Source: Antedon mediterranea | Taxonomy: Eukaryota; Animalia; Echinodermata | Length of the DNA: 64,000 bases | Direction of reading: 5' to 3' | Assembly (NCBI RefSeq): GCF_964355755.1 | Contig: NC_092679.1 | Span: 14,243,432-14,307,431, forward strand | Part shown: positions 50,701 through 62,700 of the stretch, one piece after another | Position numbering within the stretch: the stretch's first letter is position 1 | How the letters are laid out: every line of letters begins with the position of its first letter | The notes under the pieces: model-generated | The model's database searches: none | What the model was told of the DNA's origin: nothing | Seen by the model: the letters and a program-made list of their open reading frames with translations, nothing else | Position numbers and translations under genes: made by a program

Positions 50701-53700
50701 TTTTTAATGACGCGCCAAGCGGAAATAAGGATCAACGTATAAATCTGGGATATCTTTATTTCAAACTGGGAGATCGCTATTTTAAACTTAGAATGAGATC
50801 TATTTAAACTCATCCAAAGGCAAATTACTGAAACATTGCTGTGGGTATCGGTGGCTGACAAATTAAATTAGCACAAATCTAAAATTGAAAAATATACTTC
50901 TATTTTGGAAAAATGGCAGTTTGGTGTGCCATATTTTGGCTTAAGAAAGTGTGCTTTCAAGCTGATAAAACATGGTGTTAAAAATATGGTAGTTACGTAG
51001 TCCCTTACTTATAGAATAAGGAAGTAACTTTCTATGAAATATAGGTTAAAAGACGCTTCGCAATGTACTAACGTTTATATTTGTTTCTATTTAGGTTGTC
51101 TCAACAAAGTATTTATGTTTGACAAGGTAGGGCTACTATAATTATTACTTTGTTGCGGTTAATAGAACTCATATCGAAAGAAACAATTAAACATCAAGTA
51201 CTCAATTCTATTTTTGTTTTGAATGTCTTTTCGTTTGTCGGCTTTTTTCGGCCTCTCCCTCTCATACGGGTCTCATACGGGGCGTCATAATATAATTATT
51301 TCTGTGTCACATACGGGGTCACATAACAATATGTTGATATATTTCGCAGTGCCCCAGACGGCGCCCCGTACGCATAGGCTTTCTTTCTCTGCATACAAAG
51401 TCTGTTGATTTTGATTTATTGTTTTCTTTGATAATATGTTTCTAGAGGGCGTATGTGATTTTTTTTGCCTGATCATCAAAAAATACATATAAAATATTTA
51501 ACAATGATTACAAAATATGAGAGCAAGAGGATGACCCTATAAGCTCGAAAGTTATTTTATTCCAAACTTTTATTCCATTATAGTATAATGTTTTTGCTAC
51601 TTGATGTGTATTTTTTAATTCAATTCTTTCGCAGGGATGCACTTTTCTGGTCATTTATGGACTGCCAGGTGACAAGCATGAAGAGGACTGTGCACATGCG
51701 CTGAAATCATCACACGTGATTTTAGATCAACTTAAAGCTACTCCCCTCATCTCGTAAGAAATATTCAAGTTAGGCCTACATTGTTTTTATTATTGACAAT
51801 GAGTAGCAACGATCACCACCCCAGGGCTGGAATTGATTTCAATAAACTCGGAACCCCTCAATAGACATATTGGAAGCCTAATGGAAAGTGTTGATTTGTT
51901 ACGCAATTTTGGATCCAAGATGGCGCACACAATGTTGATATCAATAATATTTCGGATCCACAAAACCTATTTCATCTCGTAATACATGGTTACTAGACTG
52001 TTGTGAGATAAGAGCATAGCGCATGCGCGAATAAGTGAGCAAAGGTGCTAATCACGCAATATAAGGTTTATAAGATAAGGTTTATCGGAAATAGCTTGCA
52101 CAATGCATGATGGGAAGGGTTTGGGAGCAAACGTCACGACGCGTACGTACAAACAACAAATCACGTACGTACGCGTTGTGACGTTTGCTCCCAAATCCTT
52201 CCCACCATACATCGCACACGCTATTTGCGATAAACCTTATGTGTTTTGCAAATTATATTATCTCATCGCGTGTTGTTCAGTCACGCAATTATAGAAACCG
52301 AAATTTCCAATTTTGACCATAATGTACTTCCTTTGAATTCATTGTAATGAAACTGAAATTTAGTTTTAATCTTTCAATAGACAAGTGTCAATTGGTGTTA
52401 CCACGGGATCGTCATTCTGCGGCGTCGTTGGTCATAAACATAGGCATGAATATACAGGTATGCAAGGGAACATAATTATACAAAATTAATAAATAGGCCT
52501 ACAATCCTGAAACTTATATAGTGTGCTGGTAACATAGATCATTCATTCATGTCACACCTGAGTGTATCCCTGCCATTTGATTGGTTAATTTATTATCCTG
52601 TTTCGTTTAGTATTTGTACTTAACCGAAAAGTGATATTTAATGGTGATATAGAATGGTACTATTGCACGTTCACCTTTTTGTAAACATGCTGAAAATGTT
52701 GTGTTAAACGTCTTGTTACATGCAAGGCACAAACAGAAGATAGGCAATACAATGGATAAGTTTTATACTCTAATCTACGTTTTATTCTTCAAACAGAAAA
52801 GCAAAAGATAACAAAATCAATTAAAATGATTATAAAGATAAAGATTAATTAATAATATAAAATAATTATCAAAGTATAAGATGGTGGTAACACACAATCA
52901 AAATACATAAAGAAATTCAAGACTTACAAATATAGCTGAGCCCAAGGCTAATATAAAGCTTTACTTCAGTTGTTCAAAACAGTCAAACAGACTTCTAGAT
53001 ACTTCAATAGACTTTAACAGCATTTAGTTTAGCTATGTCAGTATTCGTATTAGGACTGATTAAATATGGTTAATGTACCACTATTTATATTCTTATGCAG
53101 GATATGTGGGGTGATCATAGTGATCTCATCAAATAACTTAAAGATGATGAAATTGGTTTTAAGATGAAATTCAAATGACATCATCATCTTAGTATGAAGT
53201 TGTTGTAACAATTTCCTTATATGGAATATCAAGCAAGTGTCTCTGACAACTTGAGTTATGAGCAGTCTCCTAGGTACAATTACTAACAACCTGGTTACTG
53301 AACTTTGGTCTAGTCTACAACCAATATAATATATACAGTACAATACTATGGTAAAGTGATAATAATATAATAGTATAAATGTATCTCCTAACACACCCCT
53401 CCTTAAAGAAAAGTTTGCATACAAACTTTTTATATACATTACAGTAAAATGTAGTAATTGTATATAAAATCACAGAACAATATTTTATTTTATTTTTTAT
53501 TATATCAAGTTCACATTTCCTCTGCTGAATTCACATTTTGTTAATTGTTTATTTTTTAAAGTTCCTTGAAAAATGTTCTCAACATGATCTTGCTAAGTAT
53601 CACTGTAGACAATAACATCATCTATGTAGCCCTCGCAGCCATTGATGTCTGCAATCACACTATTCAGGAGGCGTTGAAACGTGGCTGGTGCATTCCGCAT

Positions 53701-56700
53701 TCCAAACGGCATTCGGTTGTATTGGTAGAGTCCGTCATTAGTGACAAAGGCTGATATGTCCTTCACACGTTCGATGAGAGAAACTTGCCAATATCCTTTG
53801 AGTAGATCAAATTTGCCCAATTTGTGAAGACAATCATTAATGCGTGTCAATGGGTATGAATCCGCCTTGGGAACTACATTCACCTTTCGAAAGTCTGTAC
53901 ATAATCGGTAAGAACCATCAGGCTTTAAAACCAGCACACATGGTGAACTCCACTGACTAAAACTTGGTTCGGTTTGGAGCATATACATATCTTGTTTTAG
54001 ATAGTTCTGCTGTATTATTTTAAGATGATAAGGATGTTCTTTAAGCAGCTTAGCATCATCATCATTATTGATTTGTACAGGTACATCAGGAAATGAACTG
54101 TTATGTCCGAGCACCAATTTTGTTAGTTCTGTCCTTTCAGCATCTGTTAAATGAACAAACTTAGCATCCAAATTAGCAAGGACCTCAGAATGTTGAAGTC
54201 TCAAACAACTCTCAGCATTAAGATCATAGTTACCACCATTATTATTTTGGACATATAAGTTTAAGTCACTCTCTACCTTAGTGGCAGGGGTGATAGAAAT
54301 TAGTTCAGTAGCGCTTAGAACAGAAGTCAAGTTATCTTCAGAATTTGCGCATAAAACAGAAGTCAAGTTATCTTCAGAAATAGTGCATATAGCAGAAGTC
54401 AAGTTATCTTCTGATATGACATTTTTATAAATATTAGAGTCGTCAACCTGCTCAGCAATCAATTTCTCCTTAGTCAAAGATACACGAGGCATAATGCCAG
54501 TAAACAAAGTATCGTCAGAGGGAGAATTAAACTCAGAGGCAAGGAATGTATCCCCTAAAATAACCTCATCAATTTGCTGGCTAATAGAATGCGTAATAGC
54601 ACACACAGGGAACATACTAGGATCTGGGGTGGTTTCGTCCACTTTAACCATAGCCCCAGCTAAATCATTCCCTAAAACAAAGGTGACGCCCATAAATGGA
54701 AGTTCCTTTAGAACCCCAACTACTACAGGTCCGTTTATAAAATCGGACTTAATAACAATATTGTGCAATGGTACGTTAAAATACCCTAATTCAATCCCTT
54801 GCAACAAGACATCTTCCCAAGTAGAGGATCTATCAGATAAAGGCAAAATACCTTCTAAAAGCAAGGATTGAGAAGCACCTGTATCCCTAAGGATCCTAAC
54901 TGACTTGAGGTTTAGATCATCTCCAATTAAGGACACAAAACCATCGGACATGAAAGGAGAGTACCCATCAAGAACAGAGTCCGATACCAAATTTTTTAAA
55001 TTTTCATTTTTCTGCTTCTTAACCAAGACCAACCCAGAAGGTTTACTTTTTCCTTCCTTCCGTTTTAAGGCAAAACATTCGGACATAATGTGCCCTGGCT
55101 TTTTGCAATAATTGCAAGTAGTACTTGGAGATGGAAATTGTTGGTCAGATTTGTTAGGAGTGTAGGTTAGTTTAGGCGGAGTAGAAGTCGCTTCACTTTT
55201 GGAACTATCATTTGTTTGGAATTTCTTTCCAGAAGATGTGGCTGACTGTGCCTGAGGTTTTTGAGTAAATGCTTGTTTATGCGTTAAGGCATAGTCATCA
55301 GCCAGTCGAGCAGCTTGACTTAAGGTCTCAGCTTTTTGCTCATCTAAATAAGTCCTCACATCAGGAGTAATACATGATTTAAACTCTTCTATCAAAATTA
55401 GTTGTCTAAGCCTATCATAATCTTTATTTGTTTGCTTAGATGCACACCAACGATCAAATAACCGTTCTTTGGTTTGTGCTAATTCAAGGTGTGTTTGGTT
55501 AGTTTGCCGTTGTTTATTTCGGAATTGTTGCCTATAGGCCTCTGGGACTAATTCATACCCCTTTAAGATGAGTTCTTTAACTACATCATATGATGAACTT
55601 TGCTCAAATGATAAATCAGTATAAATTTCTCTCGCTTTACCAGTTAGTACACTTTGTAAAAGCAAGGTCCAGTGTTCTTTAGGCCATTTAAGATTTTCGG
55701 CAATTTTCTCGAAATGTAAAAAGAATTTATCTACTTCCTTCTCCTGAAAAGGTGGCACTAGTCTAATATGTTTAGTTACATCAAATTTTGGATTGGAAAT
55801 AGGTTGACTAATCCCACTAGCTAGCTCTAATTCGCGTAATTTTAATTTAAAATCTCTTTCCTCTCTTTCGAATTCCAATTCCATTCTTCGAATTTCAATT
55901 TCTTTCATATTTTGTAATTCAATTTCTCTTAATTTAGCATCAATGCTTGAATCAACTTGGGAAGACATAACACTACTATCAAAAATGTCTTCCTCAACCA
56001 AATAAGTTAATAAACGACTCTTAATATCATTCTTTCGCATAGAGGATTCAACGTCCTTTAGACCTAGATGCGTAGCTAGTTTAAGCAAATCATCTTTTTT
56101 CAAACTATTAAATACCTCTTGGGTAGGGTCGGCAAAAAATGTTTCTGGTTCAAAGACCATTGTAACAGTTACTAATTTCACAAACAAATGTTTGAAAATA
56201 AAACAAATTTAACTAGGTATAAAACTATAAACCTATCGATTTAAGTTAAAGTTAAATTTAAAGTTCTTCCCGGATGACCCCCCACTTTCTGTTACATGCA
56301 AGGCACAAACAGAAGATAGGCAATACAATGGATAAGTTTTATACTCTAATCTACGTTTTATTCTTCAAACAGAAAAGCAAAAGATAACAAAATCAATTAA
56401 AATGATTATAAAGATAAAGATTAATTAATAATATAAAATAATTATCAAAGTATAAGATGGTGGTAACACACAATCAAAATACATAAAGAAATTCAAGACT
56501 TACAAATATAGCTGAGCCCAAGGCTAATATAAAGCTTTACTTCAGTTGTTCAAAACAGTCAAACAGACTTCTAGATACTTCAATAGACTTTAACAGCATT
56601 TAGTTTAGCTATGTCAGTATTCGTATTAGGACTGATTAAATATGGTTAATGTACCACTATTTATATTCTTATGCAGGATATGTGGGGTGATCATAATGAT

Positions 56701-59700
56701 CTCATCAAATAACTTAAAGATGATGAAATTGGTTTTAAGATGAAATTCAAATGACATCATCATCTTAGTATGAAGTTGTTGTAACAATTTCCTTATATGG
56801 AATATCAAGCAAGTGTCTCTGACAACTTGAGTTATGAGCAGTCTCCTAGGTACAATTACTAACAACCTGGTTACTGAACTTTGGTCTAGTCTACAACCAA
56901 TATAATATATACAGTACAATACTATGGTAAAGTGATAATAATATAATAGTATAAATGTATCTCCTAACAGTCTTAATGAGTTATTTTGTACGTCTTTCAG
57001 AAGATTTTGTTTTGTGATTTGTTAACGTCCACATGTAATTGATCACCTCCATATCGTCACACAATTGAAATCTCCTTTAAAATGAAATATAATAATACAT
57101 TAATAAAAAAAATGTTATTTTATATTAATACGTACGTCACATGCTTTGACCATTGATCCCGTGTATATACAGCGCACATTAAAGAACTTACACGAGTAGG
57201 GGATCGTCATCCGTTGTGCTGACCTGAGTTGGTGCTGTACGTGGGCCTAATCGTAATTTCTCAGTTTCACGAAGACGATTATAATTAGCCGTAGGTTTTA
57301 AAAAAAGAACAAATAAAAATGACAATTCACACAACTTTCTTTTTTTTTTCAGTGATAGGACGAAAGGTGAATATGGCAGCCCGATTGATGATGCATTATC
57401 CAGATAAGCTGTCTTGCGATTCGGAAACATTTCATCACTCGAAACAACCACGACATTTCTTCAGAGAACTTCCACACAAAGAAATGAAAGGTGTTCGCAA
57501 TTCTGGCACCATTCATGAATATGTAGAGGGATCCGAGTATGTGACGTATCATTTATTTGTGACGTGTAATTTATTTGTATGACGTATAATTTATTTTTGA
57601 GACGTATTTTATCGTATTTGATTTTTGTGACTTATTTTTTTAACGTATGTTTACGTTATGTTTATGACGTATAATTGATTTCGTGACGTATAATTTATTT
57701 TTTTACGTAACATTTATTTTTGTGACATGCAATTTGGTTTTTGACGACTTGTACCGTACGTAATTCACCTGTAATTATTTTAGCTGATTCCTGTCAGATT
57801 TAATCTTTAAATCTGGAAAGTATAGTTAATTCAGTTATTATTATTTTATTGAACTTTATTCACTGAAAATTAAATACCAATTATTATAATTGGTCGGTGA
57901 TTTTTGTTCGGTTATTTGTGAGTTGATACCGAATACCATTAATTTTTAAATGTCTTTATGAGGCATAGGCCTATATTTAGTTTTAACATATCCTTAATAA
58001 ACTAGTTTTTAAACGTTACTTTATTTTATTTGATTGGAAATGTATCATTGGATGCCGTTTAGTGCGTCGATGACCTCACGAAATGACATTAACAGGCACT
58101 ACGAGCGCGAAATTGATTTTGTGTTGTTTTGTGTCTGCAGCAGTTCAATATTAGAGTTAAACTACGTCTTTTAATAGCTGAATCAAAACTTAAAATCTAA
58201 ATAAAAATGTATTGAAGCTAAAATTATGTGTTTTGTGAAACCACTGCGCGCTTAGTGTCACTTCGTGGCGTCACTAACGGATAATTTATTGCATAGTAAT
58301 GTTAATTTTTATTTTAATATTTATTCTATCACACAGGAATAACATGCCTGTCCCACTTACGGTTCCAGAATTCGAGTTTCCTATACTAGGTATTGTATAT
58401 CATAGTAATTTATCTCTGTGATATTGGTTTACCTTATTAGTGTTTATTGAAATATTAACCAAGTTTAGGATTCTTAGAATGAGTGGGATTTAATGATTCC
58501 CTAATTATTTAACTATCAGTTATCACCTTACGAAGGTATTTAGTGTGTCGCTTCTCGACAAAGTCCCTCCGAAAAAATGTCATCTCATTCATACCTGCTC
58601 CCCGCAATTAGCGCCCTGTTATGAAGAGCTAGAAGTACCGAAATACATTTTGAGTTTATGTGATTATAATTTAAAAGACGAAAAACGTCTGTTATAGGAA
58701 GAGTAGACATTTGTTAAGTCGTGTGGTTGGCGGTTTCTAACGTGGTTTAACATTTTGTCAGGGATTTTGTATAGGCCTACGTTGGCTAATATAATAGCGA
58801 AACTATTTGGTGAAGTTCAGTATTACATTACTGTCATTTTATGAACTGAACTAAGTTCTGTCTGCCAGTCCTGCCAGTTTTCTGTACTGTGCAATCTTTA
58901 TCGTTTATGAATTAAATTCAGTCTTTAGCTTTCAATCCTTATCATCTATGAACTAAATACAGTCTTTTACTGTCAACCCTTAACATATATGAACTAGAAT
59001 CAGTCTTCAACTGTAATCATTATTTATGAACTAAGTTCTCTTCTACTATCGATCTTTATCATTATATTATAATACCAACAATTTTAAATGAATGAGAGTA
59101 ACATTATGTTTTAACTAAAGCCAACCTCACACTGGATACTCCAATCTAGGCTCTGTAAAACACACTGTTTCCTGACTAAATTTCATTGTATTTTTTGTAA
59201 AGGCCGGGAAAGGGAACTCGAAGAATGTGTTACTCAACTACGTCTGATGAGAGCATCAAACGAATCTTATAAGAACATTGTAATATATGACGGAGAGTCA
59301 GGTATCGGAAAAACTCGAATGTTAGATGCTATTATTATTGAAGCCATGCGAGAAAATGTAAGGTAAGATGGATATAGTACTATGTAGATTTCTGTAAGAG
59401 AGAAGTTGCTAAATTATCAATGGGCCCGAAATTATCTTTTTTCCTATGAAATGAAATCATAAATAATTCATTACCTTAATTATTTTCCATTATAAAAAAT
59501 TGCAAGATAGCTGATCTACTAAACCTAACCATCTAAATAATCTCTGAATTATTCACGATTCCGCCTTAACCTCATAGGAAACAAAATAATGCGGCATGTT
59601 CATGCTTAGATCCGGTTAAGTTGGTTCCTACCTACCAATGTTTGCGATACCGTGTCCCGGAAATCAACATAGGCCTACCCGGATATAAATAACTAAGCCT

Positions 59701-62700
59701 GAACAAGTCCAATGATATCACAAACAATTCCAATTTTAAGTTAGATATTGTTGCATACATTAAGTTTGGATCAAACCAGTAAGTTGACCAATCACAAGTG
59801 ACAGTGACTTGCGTTGCGTACCGTACTACTGTAGATTGAGACTTAAGGTTTTACTTTTAGTAGCGATAGGTTATGTCACTCTTGTAAATATTTTAAATCA
59901 ATAATTAATATTTCTTAGATCAATAATTAATATAAGTAGTTAATAATTACTGTACTCCAAAGATTATTCATTCGTTATCAATAACGTTGTTGAGTGTGTC
60001 CCTCGATAGTAAAAATACAGAATGGTAGTTTTAAAATATATTCAAAGGAACCAATTTCAGTATTGATCCCTCGATAGCTCAGTTGGTAGAGCGGAGGATT
60101 GTAGAGTTGTCATTGGTATCCTTAGGTCGCTGGTTCAAATCCGGCTCGAGGGAAAGTTTTTTATTCACATTTTTCTTTGTTTCTCATTGATAATGAATTT
60201 TGAAAGCTGGTTGTTTTGTCATATCGCTCGATAGCTCAGTTGGTAGAGCGGAGGACTGTAGAGTTGTCATTGTTATCCTTAGGTCGCTGGTTCAAATCCG
60301 GCTCGAGGGAGTAGTTTTTTTTATTTAAATAAAAAATGTTTTTTATTAAATTCCCTCGCCTCGTTTTTCTTATTTCAAAATTTCAAAAAAAACTTAACCA
60401 TTCTTTTGTATGTAAAAAAAATCCAATAACACAATTAATAAAAATAAGTTCCCGCACCGAGAATCTAACCCGGGCCGCGGCGGTGAGAGCGCCGAATCCT
60501 AACCACTAGACCATATGGGACAGCTTGAGAAACAACTACATTTAAGCGCTAATGTTGTTCATGGTTATCATGGAACTCGATTAGATTTATTTTCCTTATT
60601 TTAAAATAAATTCAAAATTGTGTTCAATTTTTTGTATCATATTACATTCCTAAGCATTAAATAAATCAAAATAGAATATCATATTAAAATATAAAAAAAT
60701 ATTTATTGTCTCCCAAAATCATGAAAAATGAAGATTAATAAAATCAGATTTTGAATATTCCATTTTTAGTCGCGTAGAAGCGACTCTATAGTTCACTATG
60801 TCGGTCGGTCGGTCGGTCGGTCTGTCTGTCTGTCTGTCGGTCTGTCTGTCGGTCCGGTATCACTATGCGTTTTATCGCTTTCTGACCTTATCTTGATATC
60901 AGTTTAATCTAGCTAGGTCAATTTTTCACAGTATATTCCTTATGGCCAGGAATCAATGTGGTTAAGTTTTCACGGTGCGCAATAAAAAATTACGCGGTCT
61001 ACGCACGATTTAACGAAATCACGTTTGTAATCATATCTTCACAACCATGAATCACAATTAAATAAAATTTAATACTCATAAATTTCAGGGCATAAATCAT
61101 CATATGGCAATACAATTACGTGCGTATCGCATGTAACGCATGCGTACGTGCGCTTAAAATTTTCAAAATTTATTTTCGATGAAATAAGAGTACGTTTCAG
61201 GCAATTTTAAGCGTTTACAAAATTGCCATGAGTGCGCATATTTTTGCGCGCGCACTGCGCGTTAAATGTTATTGCGCACTCTTTTTGCCCGATTTCTGTT
61301 TTCTTGACTTACTTTTCAACTCGAAATTACGTTATACGAGCACGTCAAAAGTGACAGGCTACGCACGTGTAAATTAAAAAAATATAAATGTTTTTTAACA
61401 TTTCAACATTTTTAAACATGTTCAGTAATTTCGGTCAGTATAGTTCACTATGTCGGTCGGTCGGTCTGTCTGTCGGTCTGTCTGTCGGTCCGGTATCACT
61501 ATGCATTGTAGCACGCGACTTAATGGCTGTTGGCCTTGTTTATAAAGTGAATCACTCTCGCAGAAACAAACAAATGATGTTTTCACTTATGAAAAGACAA
61601 AATTACAGTTTTTCAGGTAAATATTTTTTTTCGATTCAATTTTTTGTCAAAGTGAATACCGGTAACTATTATGAAACATTTAAAATAAATAAATATATAA
61701 AAACAAGCATATGTTTTAACATTTCATTTGTTAATTATTACATAGTGAAGTGGTACCGTAACCTTCGGAATAATGGTTCAAAAAAGCCGCGTTCAGTATC
61801 GTATCCCTCGATAGCTCAGTTGGTAGAGCGGAGGACTGTAGAGTTGTCATTGGTATCCTTAGGTCGCTGGTTCAAATCCGGCTCAAGGGACTTTTTTTTT
61901 GTTTTTATTTATTTTTTAAATAATTTTTTTTTATTAATTCTTTTCCATAAACACGTAATCAAGAATGTATAACAAGCTTTATAGATTAAAATGTTTATCT
62001 GTGGCTGCGACACGATCAGTTCCACCCTCCTTAACAGACACCGGCCGCCGCGGAGAATATGTACATAATATAGTACTATTGGTATTTGTCGCACCAGACA
62101 TAAGATCAAAGGACTGTTACGAGTTCCTATCTTGACAAGACGAGCTCATCGTCATGTTGTTAAATTGTCCTGGTAAAACAAACGACCACCAACAAGGCAA
62201 CACAAAATAGAAGCGCTTAAAATTTTCAAAATTTATTTTCGATGAAATAAGAGTACGTTTCAGGCAATTTTAAGCGTTTACAAAATTGCCATGAGTGCGC
62301 ATATTTTTGCGCGCGCACTGCGCGTTAAATGTTATTGCGCACTCTTTTTGCCCGATTTCTGTTTTCTTGACTTACTTTTCAACTCGAAATTACGTTATAC
62401 GAGCACGTCAAAAGTGACAGGCTACGCACGTGTAAATTAAAAAAATATAAATGTTTTTTAACATTTCAACATTTTTAAACATGTTCAGTAATTTCGGTCA
62501 GTATAGTTCACTATGTCGGTCGGTCGGTCTGTCTGTCTGTCGGTCTGTCGGTCTGTCTGTCGGTCCGGTATCACTATGCATTGTAGCACGCGACTTAATG
62601 GCTGTTGGCCTTGTTTATAAAGTGAATCACTCTCGCAGAAACAAACAAATGATGTTTTCACTTATGAAAAGACAAAATTACAGTTTTTCAGGTAAATATT

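Noticed and set aside
53050-53439. 129-aa ORF (and its twin 56626-56919)
   Set aside because: Both lie in the LTRs and have no recognisable protein features.
58830-59060. Repeated TATGAACT-containing units resembling a CRISPR array
   Set aside because: Degenerate minisatellite without unique spacers or cas genes, in a eukaryotic intron.
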